Below, piece after piece: positions 1-9,793 of a DNA stretch of 64,000 nt (positions within the stretch are counted from its first letter, which is position 1; every line of letters starts with the position of its first letter). Below the pieces are notes generated by a model that searched no databases, had not been told where the DNA came from, and was given only the letters and a program-made list of their open reading frames with translations. A program made the translations under genes and the position numbers. This stretch comes from Alphaproteobacteria bacterium (GTDB lineage: Bacteria > Pseudomonadota > Alphaproteobacteria > UBA6615): the NCBI GenBank assembly GCA_049601915.1, contig JBMYRB010000002.1, forward strand, positions 90,553 to 154,552, written 5' to 3'.

Positions 1-1
1 G

Positions 2-1180
2 CGTATTCAGGTCACCCTGGTCACCGGCTTTCTCGGTAGCGGCAAGACAACCCTCCTCAACGCGTTGCTGCAGCACCCGGACATGTCGCAGGCCGCGGTG
101 ATCGTGAATGAGTTCGGCGAGATCGGCCTCGACTATGACCTAGTCGAGCGCAGCGATGAATCGGTCGTGCAACTGGAAAACGGATGCCTGTGCTGCACGG
201 TCAAGAGTGACCTGATCGATACCTTTCGGGACCTGCATCTTCTGCGTCTCAGCGGGAAATTTCCGAAGTTCGACCGGGTGGCGATCGAGACAACGGGGAT
301 TGCCGACCCCGGGCCTGTCCTGCAGATCATTCTCACCGACCCGCTCGTGAGCAATGTCTATTCGCTGGATGGCGTGGTCACGACGATCGACGCGATCAAT
401 GGCGAGGATTCGCTCGACCGGTTCGCCGAATGCGTCAAGCAGGCCGCCATCGCGGACCGGATTTTCATCACCAAGAGCGACCTGCTGGCCGACGATGAGC
501 GCGAAGCGAAGATTGCCGTACTCGAAGCACGACTGAAGGCCATGAACCCGGGTGCGAATATCGTTCAGGCCGATGCCCGGGACATCAAGCCGTCAGATCT
601 GTTCGGGCATGGACTTCTGGATCCGCGAAGTAACACGGTCGACGTCGAGGCATGGTTGCGGGCTGAGGCCTATGTCACGGAGGATGGCACGCCGGTGTCC
701 AATGCCGGGGTTCGCTTGCCGCGCAGCGGTCAGGCGGAGGGCGATACGAAGGCGTATTACGAAAGTTACGGTCACCAGCCTGCGGACATGCAGGATTCAC
801 TGGACGATGACGATCATGAACACGCCCATGACCCGCTGATCAATTCCTTCTGCCTCGTCCGTGAAGAGCCGGTAGCGATGGACACGCTGCGGATGTTCCT
901 AGAAGCGTTGGCCAACGAGGCGGGGCCGGACCTGCTTCGTGTCAAGGGTATCGTCAATGTAGCCGAACGCCCCGACAACCCGGCGGTGATCCAGGGTGCC
1001 CAACAAATATTTCATTCCCTGGAATGGTTGACCAATTGGCCGACCGATGACCTCCGCACGCGGATCGTGTTCATCACCCGCGGGCTCGATCAGGCCTATA
1101 TCGAGGATTCGTTCGAACTGATCGAGCGGGTCGCTGCCCGCACCATTGCGGCGGGCGCCGGCATGCCGGCCCAGTTCTGA
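2..1180 (+). CDS. COG0523/CobW-family G3E GTPase (metallochaperone-like), 5'-truncated by the window edge
   Basis: The reading frame is open from nt 2. A P-loop GFLGSGKTT sits at the window start. The CxCC motif (GCLCCTV) and a His/Asp-rich stretch (DDDDHEHAHD) are typical of Zn-chaperone COG0523 members. Confidence 0.8.
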   Translation, partial: RIQVTLVTGFLGSGKTTLLNALLQHPDMSQAAVIVNEFGEIGLDYDLVERSDESVVQLENGCLCCTVKSDLIDTFRDLHLLRLSGKFPKFDRVAIETTGIADPGPVLQIILTDPLVSNVYSLDGVVTTIDAINGEDSLDRFAECVKQAAIADRIFITKSDLLADDEREAKIAVLEARLKAMNPGANIVQADARDIKPSDLFGHGLLDPRSNTVDVEAWLRAEAYVTEDGTPVSNAGVRLPRSGQAEGDTKAYYESYGHQPADMQDSLDDDDHEHAHDPLINSFCLVREEPVAMDTLRMFLEALANEAGPDLLRVKGIVNVAERPDNPAVIQGAQQIFHSLEWLTNWPTDDLRTRIVFITRGLDQAYIEDSFELIERVAARTIAAGAGMPAQF

Positions 1181-1285
1181 GGCCCGTATGAAACTGACAT
1201 TCGTTCAACATCCGATTCATATCCCGACCTCGGCCCTGATGGGACCGCTGGCACGTGGGACGATGAATCAATGCAGGAGCCGATC

Positions 1286-3481
1286 ATGGTGAAACACATC
1301 AACCTGAGTCCTGAGGCGCCGTGGCAGGAAATTTGTTCCACCGCCAAGGACTGGGACAATGTCGGCGAGGATGAGGTAATCCGGATGCTCCAGCATCTGC
1401 ATCTCGTCCGCGCGTTCGAAGAGACGGTGCTGGAGCTGGATGGCGAGGGACTGATCCATGGTCCGGCCCATTCGAGCATCGGACAGGATGGTGGTGCGGT
1501 TGGCGCTATCGCGGCGATGCGCGGCAGTGACCAGATCACCGGCTCTCACCGCGGGCATCATCAGTTTCTTGCCAAGGCGCTGCGCTATGTGGACGAAGGT
1601 GCACCCGATCCTCGCGAGACTCCGCCGTCGGGCGAGGTCGAGACGCTTCTGAGACGGAGCCTAGCAGAGATCCTGGGTCTGTCCGACGGTTACTGCAAGG
1701 GACGTGGTGGCTCGATGCATTTGCGATGGGAAGAGGCCGGAGCGCTTGGGACCAACGCGATTGTCGGCGGTGGCGTACCCCTGGCGAATGGCGTCGCCTG
1801 GGCGCGTAAGCGCAAAGGGGAGGGGGATGTCGTTTTCACCTTCTTCGGCGATGGCGCGGTCAACATCGGATCGATCCCCGAATCCCTGAACCTCGCGGCA
1901 CTTTGGGATTTACCGATCTGCTTTTTCATCGAAAACAACGGCTATGCCGTTTCTACCACCCTGGAAGAAGAAACGCGGGAAACCCGATTGTCTTCGCGTG
2001 GGCTCGCCTACGGGATTACGTCCTTCAGGGTCGACGGGATGGATCCGATTGCGGTTCGCGTCGCGGCCCAGGAGGCCGTCGGTCTGATGCGTGCGGGCAA
2101 GGGCCCGGTCATCATCGAGGCCAATGTCTATCGTTTCTTCCATCATGGTGGTGGCATCGCCGGCAGCGCGTTCGGCTATCGCGACAAGGAAGAAGAGGCC
2201 GAGTGGCGTGCGCGCGATCCCTTGGCGAAGATCGCCAAGGAGGCGATCAAGCGCAGCTGGATCGATGAGGATGGCGACGCGGCAATGCGCGCCGGTGCCC
2301 AGGAGATCATGCAGCGTGCCGCAGAACACTTGACGGAGCAGGACGGCAACCAGCGTCAGATCATCCCGGCCCTGTGGCCCGACACTGCTTTCCGGGACGA
2401 GGGGCTGCGCGGCGACATGTCCGAGTTCGACGGCGTTCGCTACGAGGAACTGGAAACCTTCTCCGGCGAAATTACCGAGATGAAGTATGTCGAGGCCTGT
2501 TCCGGCGTCATGAACCGGCGGATGGAAACCGACGAGCGAATCTTCTGTATCGGCGAGGACATTCACCGTCTGCGCGGCGGCACCAACGGCGCCACCAAGG
2601 GATTGGCCGATCGTTGGCCCGACCGGACAGTCGGAACCCCGATCGCCGAGCTCGGTTTCACCGGCCTGGCGGGCGGCGCGGCCATGGAAGGCACTTATCG
2701 CCCGGTGGTCGAGCTCATGTATCCCGACTTCGCGCTGGTGGCGGCCGACCAGTTGTTCAACCAGATCGGAAAGGCGCGCCACATGTTCGGCGGCGAGACC
2801 AACATGCCGGTTGTTGTACGCACCAAGATCGCCTTGGGGTCGGGTTATGGATCCCAGCATTCCATGGATCCGGCCGGGCTCTATGCCCAGTGGCCGGGCT
2901 GGCGGATCGTCGCGCCGTCGACGCCGTTTGACTATGTCGGGTTGATGAACAGCGCGTTGCAATGCGAGGACCCGGTGCTCGTGATCGAGCATGTCGAGCT
3001 TTACAATGCGGACGGTCCGGGGCCGGCCGAAGACCTCGATTACTACATCCCGCTGGGCAAGGCCAAGGTGGTACGCCCGGGCGAGACCTTCACGGTGCTG
3101 ACCTATTCCGCGATGACGGCCAAGGCGATCAGCAGCGCCGAGCAGATGGGACTGGATGCAGAGATCATCGATCTACGCTCCCTCGATCGGGCCGGGATCG
3201 ACTGGGATTGCATCGGCGAGAGTATCCGCAAGACCAATAATGTCGTGGTGGTCGAGCAGGGCCCACTGACAGTCTCATATGGGGCGATGCTCACCGATGA
3301 GTTGCAGCGGCGCTTCTTCGATTATCTTGACCAGCCGGTTAAGCGAATCCACGGCGGCGAATCCTCGCCGAGCGTGTCGAAGATCCTGGAGCGATCCTCG
3401 ATGGTCGGGGAAGAGGAAATCCGCGCAGGTTTTGCCGAGATCATGGCGGACATCGGCCTCGGCCTGATGGCCGCACAGTAA
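1286..3481 (+). CDS. Fused alpha/beta TPP-dependent 2-oxo-acid dehydrogenase E1 component (about 731 aa)
   Basis: The N-terminal half has E1-alpha features: GSHRGHH and the TPP motif GDG...NN (FFGDGAVNIG...FIENNGYA). The C-terminal half is E1-beta/transketolase-like (FTGLAGGAAMEG..., C-terminal domain). An AGGAG RBS lies 7 nt before the ATG at 1286. An upstream ATG at 1271 is also possible. Confidence 0.8.
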   Translation: MVKHINLSPEAPWQEICSTAKDWDNVGEDEVIRMLQHLHLVRAFEETVLELDGEGLIHGPAHSSIGQDGGAVGAIAAMRGSDQITGSHRGHHQFLAKALRYVDEGAPDPRETPPSGEVETLLRRSLAEILGLSDGYCKGRGGSMHLRWEEAGALGTNAIVGGGVPLANGVAWARKRKGEGDVVFTFFGDGAVNIGSIPESLNLAALWDLPICFFIENNGYAVSTTLEEETRETRLSSRGLAYGITSFRVDGMDPIAVRVAAQEAVGLMRAGKGPVIIEANVYRFFHHGGGIAGSAFGYRDKEEEAEWRARDPLAKIAKEAIKRSWIDEDGDAAMRAGAQEIMQRAAEHLTEQDGNQRQIIPALWPDTAFRDEGLRGDMSEFDGVRYEELETFSGEITEMKYVEACSGVMNRRMETDERIFCIGEDIHRLRGGTNGATKGLADRWPDRTVGTPIAELGFTGLAGGAAMEGTYRPVVELMYPDFALVAADQLFNQIGKARHMFGGETNMPVVVRTKIALGSGYGSQHSMDPAGLYAQWPGWRIVAPSTPFDYVGLMNSALQCEDPVLVIEHVELYNADGPGPAEDLDYYIPLGKAKVVRPGETFTVLTYSAMTAKAISSAEQMGLDAEIIDLRSLDRAGIDWDCIGESIRKTNNVVVVEQGPLTVSYGAMLTDELQRRFFDYLDQPVKRIHGGESSPSVSKILERSSMVGEEEIRAGFAEIMADIGLGLMAAQ

Positions 3482-3495
3482 GCCGGGGGCGACAG

Positions 3496-4038
3496 ATGAC
3501 CGTAACGTCAAAAGGTATCCCCGGCCTCCGGGGCACCGACCATATCGGGATTACCGTGCCGAACCTGGAGGAGGCGGTCGCGTTTTTCATCGACGTGATC
3601 GGTTGCGAACCGTTCTACGAGATCGGCCCATTCAAGTTCGATGATGACTGGATGATGGAACGTCTCAATGTTCATCCGCGCACGGTGATGCGAAAGCTGA
3701 AGTTCCTGCGCTGCGGCAACGGATCCAACTATGAGCTGTTCGAGTATGAGGCCCCGGACCAGAACACCAAACCGCCGCTGAACAGCGATATCGGCGGCCA
3801 TCATCTGGCGCTATATGTCGATGACATGGACGCGGCCCTCGATTATCTGCGCGCCCATGGCGTACAGATCCTGGACGAACCCACGGTTCGCACCGACGGG
3901 CCGAGTGCGGGCCAGAGCTGGGTCTATTTTCTTGCGCCCTGGGGGTTGCAGTTCGAGCTCGTATGTTTCCCTGACGGTAAGGGCTATGAGCGCGAGACCG
4001 ATCGGCGTCTCTGGCATCCCGCCTTTCCGGACCAGTAG
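3496..4038 (+). CDS. VOC-family (glyoxalase/bleomycin-resistance/dioxygenase) protein
   Basis: 180 aa. The N-terminal HIGITVPNLEEAVAFF motif and the length are typical of VOC proteins. Confidence 0.7.
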   Translation: MTVTSKGIPGLRGTDHIGITVPNLEEAVAFFIDVIGCEPFYEIGPFKFDDDWMMERLNVHPRTVMRKLKFLRCGNGSNYELFEYEAPDQNTKPPLNSDIGGHHLALYVDDMDAALDYLRAHGVQILDEPTVRTDGPSAGQSWVYFLAPWGLQFELVCFPDGKGYERETDRRLWHPAFPDQ

Positions 4039-4056
4039 GCCAACGGCTTTCGAACC

Positions 4057-5136
4057 CTAGTCCACCGTATAGCGTTTCACCGCGTCGGCGCTGAAGATCA
4101 TGCCGTGACCGGGCCGGTCGGGCGGTGCCATATGTCCGTCTGTAATCACCGGCGGATGTTCCCACAGATCGTCCGGTGATCCGGCGAGTACTTCGACGAG
4201 TGCGGCGTTGGGGATGGCCGCCAGGACCTGGATCGACAATTCCGGCACCAGATGTGGCGCGATCTTCACGTCATAGGCGGCCGCGAGATGGGAAATCTTC
4301 ATCATCTCGCTGAATCCGCCGCAGCGGTGAATGTCCGGATTGAGGAATTGCGCCGCGCGCGCCTCGATCAGGTCACGAAAGCCGTAGCGTGTGTACTCAT
4401 TCTCTCCGGTCGCGACCGGTATTGAGATTCCCGCCGCTACATCGGCGCATTGCTGGATGTTGTCGGCCAGCACCGGTTCCTCGTACCAGCACAGCCCGAA
4501 CTCCTCGAGCATGCGGCCGACACGGATGTTGGTGGCGACATCCCAGCGTTGATTGGCATCGACCAGGATTTCCATATCGAAGCCGAGCGCCTCGCGGACA
4601 CGCCGAACCCGGTCGATATTCTCCGCCACGTTGGGCAGGCCGAGTTTGAATTTGTAGTGACGACAGCCTTGCGCGCGAAAGGCTTCGGCCTCAGCGACGA
4701 TTTCGTCGACCGAGTAGGACAGAAATCCGCCGCTGCCATAGACCGGTACACGTTCATTATGTGCGCCGAGCAGGTGCCATACGGGGCGGTTTACCGATTT
4801 GCCGAGGATATCCCACAGGCCGATGTCGATCGCGCTCATGGCGTAGACGGGGATGCCTTTCTTGCGCAGGCCGCGATCGTTCTCATACATGGCCTGCCAG
4901 ATGGCACCGATCTGCAGCGGGTCCGCGCCGATCACCAGTGGCAGGATGCTGTCTTCCAGATAGGCCTTGACCGCGCTCGCCCCCATGCCGCCGACCAGCA
5001 TCGTGTAGCCTAGGCCCTCAATGCCCTCGTCGGTTTCGATACGGGTGACGATATAGGTGTTGGCGGCATAGTAGGTATTGACCGGTGGGCCGTTCGGGAC
5101 CGCCATCGTCGAAATGGTCACGTTCGTGATCTTCAT
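4057..5136 (-). CDS. Enolase-superfamily enzyme (mandelate racemase / muconate-lactonizing / acid-sugar dehydratase family)
   Basis: Motifs VDANQRWD, EEP and FDMEILVDAN. Start chosen at MKITNV (ATG 5136) because a GGAGA RBS precedes it. The longer ORF back to 5367 has an R-rich, non-protein-like N-terminus. Confidence 0.75.
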   Translation of the reverse strand: MKITNVTISTMAVPNGPPVNTYYAANTYIVTRIETDEGIEGLGYTMLVGGMGASAVKAYLEDSILPLVIGADPLQIGAIWQAMYENDRGLRKKGIPVYAMSAIDIGLWDILGKSVNRPVWHLLGAHNERVPVYGSGGFLSYSVDEIVAEAEAFRAQGCRHYKFKLGLPNVAENIDRVRRVREALGFDMEILVDANQRWDVATNIRVGRMLEEFGLCWYEEPVLADNIQQCADVAAGISIPVATGENEYTRYGFRDLIEARAAQFLNPDIHRCGGFSEMMKISHLAAAYDVKIAPHLVPELSIQVLAAIPNAALVEVLAGSPDDLWEHPPVITDGHMAPPDRPGHGMIFSADAVKRYTVD

Positions 5137-5286
5137 CTGGTGATCTCCCCATGCGATCGGCCGAATATCCTTGTGCCGATTACGATAGCTGGCGATGTGG
5201 GTCACACCAAGATCATCTTGCGCCGATGTTGTATAGGATATGGAACAGCGGCGAGGGTTTGCGGCCGATCGAAAGGTAGAACAACA

Positions 5287-5490
5287 ATGACCAAGGCGCG
5301 GGCCCGGCAGCGGGCGAAAGCAAAAGCGGGCCAGAAGGCCAAGAAACGAGCGGCGCAAGCCGATCAATCGAACTCGAACACCCCACCGGGCCGGTTCGAT
5401 CCGGGGACGAGTTCGATCACCAAGCTGGGTGGTGGTGCGAACAATTCGAACTTTGCCGAAGCGCGGCGCGGTGCCGCCAGATCTCGCTAG
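5287..5490 (+). CDS. Hypothetical small basic Lys/Ala-rich protein (67 aa)
   Basis: An ATG-initiated ORF with high GC3, lying between divergent genes. The product MTKARARQRAKAKAGQKAKKRAAQ... is low-complexity. No strong RBS. Confidence 0.25.
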   Translation: MTKARARQRAKAKAGQKAKKRAAQADQSNSNTPPGRFDPGTSSITKLGGGANNSNFAEARRGAARSR

Positions 5491-5604
5491 TGAGTCACCC
5501 GACAGTCACGACGCGTTGAAGCCCGCATTGTTTTCCTTCCGGTCGGGAATGCCCATATGAAGGGCGTGCTTCCGCTTCGCCCTTGGTTACCAGAGGACCG
5601 ACCC

Positions 5605-7683
5605 ATGTCCGCGACCCCGACATCTGACATCAACACTGCGCTTGTCCATTGGGAGGGCCCGATGGGGCTGCCCGAATTTGCGCGGATCGAGGATCGTGAT
5701 TTCAAGACCGCTTTTGCTGCGGCCCTGCAGGCGCATCTGGCCGAGATCGATGAGATTGCGAATGATCCGGCCAAGCCGACATTCGTGAACACGATCGTAG
5801 CGCTTGAGCGCGCGGGCGAGATGTACGGCCGTGTGTCGGGTGTGTTCTGGAATCTGTCGGGCGCGAACACAAACGAAACGCTGCAGGCCTTGGAACGCAA
5901 ATTGTCGCCGGAACTGTCACGGCATCAATCCAGGATCATGATGAATGCCGGGTTGTTTGCACGCATCGATGCGCTTTATCAGGATCGCGAAAACCTCGAC
6001 CTAGATGCCGAGGCTGCGCTTGTGCTGGAGCTGACATGGAAAGCCTTCGTCCGCTCCGGTGCTAAACTCGACCCGGCGAACCAGAAGCATCTCGCAGAAA
6101 TCGACGAGCGGCTCGCGGGGCTGGGAACAGCCTTTGCGCAAAACGTACTGGCCGATGAGCGTGACTATGCGCTGGTGTTGGGGCCCGATGACGACCTTGC
6201 GGGCTTGCCGGACTTCCTGATCTCCGGCATGGCCGCCGCAGCCGAGGAACGCGGATACGAAGGCAAGTATGCGGTGACCCTGTCCCGCTCGATCATCGAA
6301 CCGTTCCTGACGTTCTCGACCCGTCGGGATTTGCGCGAGCAGGCCTTCCGGGCCTGGGGTGCGCGTGGCGAAGGACGGGGAGAACGGGACAACCGTCCCA
6401 TCGTCGCGGAGATGGTCAGATTGAGGGCCGAGAAGGCGGCGCTTCTGGGCTATGCGACCTTCGCCCATTTCAAGCTCGACAACACGATGGCCAAGACCCC
6501 CGAGGCTGTGCGCGAACTTCTCGAAACGGTTTGGGAGAAGGCACGCACCCGCGCGTCTGAGGAGGCCGACGACCTGTCGGCCTTGATCGCGGGGGAGGGC
6601 CACAATCATGGCGTGGCCCCTTGGGATTGGCGGCACTATGCCGAGAAACAACGCGCGGCGCGGTTCGACCTCAATGAGGCTGAGATCAAACCCTATCTCC
6701 AGCTTGAACGGATGATCGAGGCGGCGTTCGATACGGCGAACAGATTGTTCGGAATAAGCTTTCGCCAGCATCCGGAGATCGAGGCCTATCATCCCGACGT
6801 TCGGGTTTTTGAGGTACTCGACGCAGATGGTGCGCGGATCGCGGTGTTTCTCGCCGATTATTTCGCCCGCCCGTCCAAGCGTTCGGGTGCCTGGATGACG
6901 TCATTTCAGGATCAACATCGGCTTGCCGGTGAAGCCGGTGATCACGACCAGATTTCCATCGTCGTGAATGTGATGAACTTCGCCAAGGCGGCGGCCGGTG
7001 CGCCGGTCTTGATCACCATGGATGATGCGCGGACACTGTTTCACGAGTTCGGGCACGCTCTGCACGGTATGCTGTCCGACGTCACCTATCCCTCGATCTC
7101 CGGCACGTCGGTGAGCCGCGATTTCGTAGAGTTGCCGTCCCAGCTTTACGAGCATTGGCTGACCGTGCCCGATGTGCTGCAGCGCTTCGCGGTGCATTAC
7201 GAGACCGGTGAACCCATGCCCACAGCGCTATTGGACAAACTTCGCGCGGCGGAGAAGTTCAACAAGGGCTTCGCCAATGTGGAGTTCACCTCGTCGGCGT
7301 TGGTCGACATGGCATTCCACGCCCTCGACCCGACGCAAGCCACGGATGTCGACCCGGTCGCGTTCCAGGCCGAGATCCTGGCCGGCCTCGATATGCCAGA
7401 GGCGATCGTCATGCGTCACGCGACACCCCACTTCGCCCATGTGTTCTCCGGCGACGGCTACTCCGCGGGTTACTATTCCTACATGTGGTCGGGTGTTCTC
7501 GACGCCGATGCTTTCGAAGCCTTCACCGAGGCAGGCGATGCGTTCGACCCGGCGACGGCCCGCAAGCTGCATGAGCATATATACGCGTCGGGCGGGTCCA
7601 TGGACCCAGAGGACGCCTATCTGGCTTTCCGCGGCAAGCTGCCGACGGCCGATGCTTTGCTTGCGAAGGAAGGCCTGGTCTAG
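5605..7683 (+). CDS. dcp: M3-family peptidyl-dipeptidase Dcp / oligopeptidase A
   Basis: About 690 aa with the HEFGHALHG zinc motif and thimet/oligopeptidase architecture. Start at MSATPTS; the ORF is open from 5557. Confidence 0.85.
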   Translation: MSATPTSDINTALVHWEGPMGLPEFARIEDRDFKTAFAAALQAHLAEIDEIANDPAKPTFVNTIVALERAGEMYGRVSGVFWNLSGANTNETLQALERKLSPELSRHQSRIMMNAGLFARIDALYQDRENLDLDAEAALVLELTWKAFVRSGAKLDPANQKHLAEIDERLAGLGTAFAQNVLADERDYALVLGPDDDLAGLPDFLISGMAAAAEERGYEGKYAVTLSRSIIEPFLTFSTRRDLREQAFRAWGARGEGRGERDNRPIVAEMVRLRAEKAALLGYATFAHFKLDNTMAKTPEAVRELLETVWEKARTRASEEADDLSALIAGEGHNHGVAPWDWRHYAEKQRAARFDLNEAEIKPYLQLERMIEAAFDTANRLFGISFRQHPEIEAYHPDVRVFEVLDADGARIAVFLADYFARPSKRSGAWMTSFQDQHRLAGEAGDHDQISIVVNVMNFAKAAAGAPVLITMDDARTLFHEFGHALHGMLSDVTYPSISGTSVSRDFVELPSQLYEHWLTVPDVLQRFAVHYETGEPMPTALLDKLRAAEKFNKGFANVEFTSSALVDMAFHALDPTQATDVDPVAFQAEILAGLDMPEAIVMRHATPHFAHVFSGDGYSAGYYSYMWSGVLDADAFEAFTEAGDAFDPATARKLHEHIYASGGSMDPEDAYLAFRGKLPTADALLAKEGLV

Positions 7684-7773
7684 GCGGTTTCCACTAGGGG
7701 ATAGCCGATCGATATGCGCGGGCGTTGCCGCACGTCGCCGCATGATGAATATTCATGCCGTGCCAGAGGGAAT

Positions 7774-8844
7774 GTGAATGGGGGAAACGACGTGGCGAAG
7801 AGCTATTCAATTTGCATGCTGCCCGGGGATGGTATCGGGCCCGAGGTCGTCGATTGCGCGCGCAGGGTGCTCGATGCGCTGACGGCGGGTGGCGGTCCGG
7901 CTTTCGCGTATGACGTCCAGCCGGCCGGTCATGGCACTTATCTCGACTGCGGAAACTCGATCCCGGCCGCATCGATTGCGGCGGCGAAGGCGGCTGACGC
8001 CGTGTTCCTCGGTGCGATGGATGTCGCAGAAATTCCGCCTGGTGCGGGTGACCCGCTGCTGGATCTGCGCGGTGAACTGGAAGTGGAAGCCAGTGTCCGG
8101 CCGTCCCGAACGCTCGCCGGCATCGCGTCTCCGGCCGCCGATATCGACTGTGTTGTCGTCCGTGAGATGACGGAGGGGCTTTACTCCCAGATCGAGTATC
8201 AGGTCGGTGCGGACACGGCATGCGCGGTTCGCGTGATTACGCGCGGTGCCTCCACGAAAACCGCACGCATGGCCTTCGAGCAAGCGACCGCGCGACAGCG
8301 CGCACGCGCTGCTGATGGGTCCGACAAACCGGCGAGGGTGACCGCGGTGCACAAGGTCGGCGTCCTCAAACTCACGGATGGCTTGTTCCTGGAGGCCTGT
8401 GCCGAAGTGGCGAGGGACTATCCGGATATCGAATACGAGAGCAGAAATATCGATGCCTGTGCCATGGAGATGATGCGCGAACCGGACCATTTCGACGTCA
8501 TCCTGGCGACCAACGCCTTTGGTGACATCCTGTCCGATATTGCAGCGGGTCTGGCCGCGGGCCTAGGCCTTGCGGCCTCGGCATGTATCGGCGCGCGCTG
8601 GGCCTATTTCGAGCCGGTCCATGGCACCGCGCCGGATATCGCGGGCCAAGGAGTCGCAAACCCCTGCGCGACGATCCTCAGCGCGGCGATGATGCTGCGG
8701 TATCTGGGCGAGGAAGTAAGCGCCGATATAGTCGAGAATGCCGTCTATTCGGTGCTCGCGGCAGGTGCCGTCCGCACCGGCGACCTCGGCGGTTTGGCGA
8801 ACAGCACCGAGATGACCGACGCAGTTATCCAAGCGATGAAATAG
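7774..8844 (+). CDS. Isocitrate/isopropylmalate dehydrogenase family protein (LeuB/tartrate-dehydrogenase-like)
   Basis: Motifs [25 protein letters not shown] and [13 protein letters not shown] at 7774 is preceded by a GAGGG RBS; a GTG at 7792 is an alternative. Confidence 0.75.
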   Translation: MNGGNDVAKSYSICMLPGDGIGPEVVDCARRVLDALTAGGGPAFAYDVQPAGHGTYLDCGNSIPAASIAAAKAADAVFLGAMDVAEIPPGAGDPLLDLRGELEVEASVRPSRTLAGIASPAADIDCVVVREMTEGLYSQIEYQVGADTACAVRVITRGASTKTARMAFEQATARQRARAADGSDKPARVTAVHKVGVLKLTDGLFLEACAEVARDYPDIEYESRNIDACAMEMMREPDHFDVILATNAFGDILSDIAAGLAAGLGLAASACIGARWAYFEPVHGTAPDIAGQGVANPCATILSAAMMLRYLGEEVSADIVENAVYSVLAAGAVRTGDLGGLANSTEMTDAVIQAMK

Positions 8845-9336
8845 TTAAGACAGGACCCGCGCCAGCCCCGGCAGAAAAACGATCAGCAGCAGCCGTGCGA
8901 TGTCGGCGGCGAAGAAGGGCACGATACCCTTGAAGATCGCGCCGATCGGTACTTCGGGCGGCATCGATTTGATCACGAACACGTTCAGCCCGATGGGCGG
9001 GGTGATCAGGCTGATCTCGACGACCATCGCCATGACGATGCCGAACCAGATTAGGTCGAAGCCCAGGGCGTCCAACACGGGCACGAAAATCGGCACGGTG
9101 AGGAAGATCATCGCCAGTCCCTCGATGATCGTTCCCAGCAGGATGTAGATCAGCAGAATAACGAGGATCACCGTGAGCGGCTCGATGTTCAGGGTCCGGA
9201 TGAAATCCACGATCGCGTTGGGCAGGCCGGCGACGTTGACGAAGTTGTTCAGGATCAGCGCGCCGAAGGCGATGGTGAAAATCATCGCGATGGTCTCGGC
9301 CGCCTCGGCCAGGGCGGAGAAGATGCGCAGGTTCAT
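8845..9336 (-). pseudogene. TRAP transporter large permease (DctM) C-terminal fragment (about 163 aa), N-terminal two-thirds absent
   Basis: Only the C-terminal 163 aa of the 441-aa ORF look like DctM: hydrophobic TM helices and ...LITPPIGLNVFV.... The upstream part of the ORF is R/S-rich non-protein sequence and overlaps an opposite-strand fragment. Confidence 0.5.
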
Positions 9337-9363
9337 GCGCCGGCGCGCGCGGCGTTTCGTGAC

Positions 9364-9783
9364 ATGGGGCCCCGTGTTTCGGAATTCCCGACGACGGAAG
9401 CGACGGCCAAGGCTGCACGCGATGCGGGCGAGCATACGGTGCTCGGTGCGCCCAATGTTGTGCGTGGCGGCATCCATAACGGCGCCATGGATGCCACGCG
9501 GGCGGTCCTCGATGGCCTGTGTTCGGTATTGACGTCGGACTACTACTATCCCGCGACCCTGATGGCACCGTTCTGCCTTGCCACGGACCATGGCCTGTCG
9601 ATCGCCGAGACCTGGCCCCTGGTTTCCGCCAATCCGGCGGAGGCCGCGGGACTGGATGATCGTGATGTGCTTGAACCCGGCCGCCGCGCAGATATGCTGC
9701 TGGTCGATGCGTCCGACCCGAGGGCGCCATGCCCGGTGTGCTGTTTCGTGGCGGGGCGAAAGTTTTTCGACCGGCGAGCGTGA
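9364..9783 (+). pseudogene. Amidohydrolase-superfamily C-terminal fragment (PhnM/dihydroorotase-like, about 139 aa)
   Basis: Contains ...SDYYYPATL... and a C-terminal ...GRRADMLLVD... motif typical of amidohydrolase C-termini. The N-terminal roughly 250 aa that would carry the metal-binding His residues are missing. Confidence 0.45.
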
Positions 9784-9793
9784 ACTTCGCCGG

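Noticed and set aside
1910-2992. A 360-aa minus-strand ORF inside the fused E1 gene, plus many other long antisense or alternate-frame ORFs (for example 6001-6792, 35711-36883, 39456-41273, 59279-59839 and 49520-50560)
   Set aside because: Each lies fully inside a well-supported gene on the other strand or frame. Their translations are Arg/Pro/Gly-rich with no motifs, the usual high-GC artefact.
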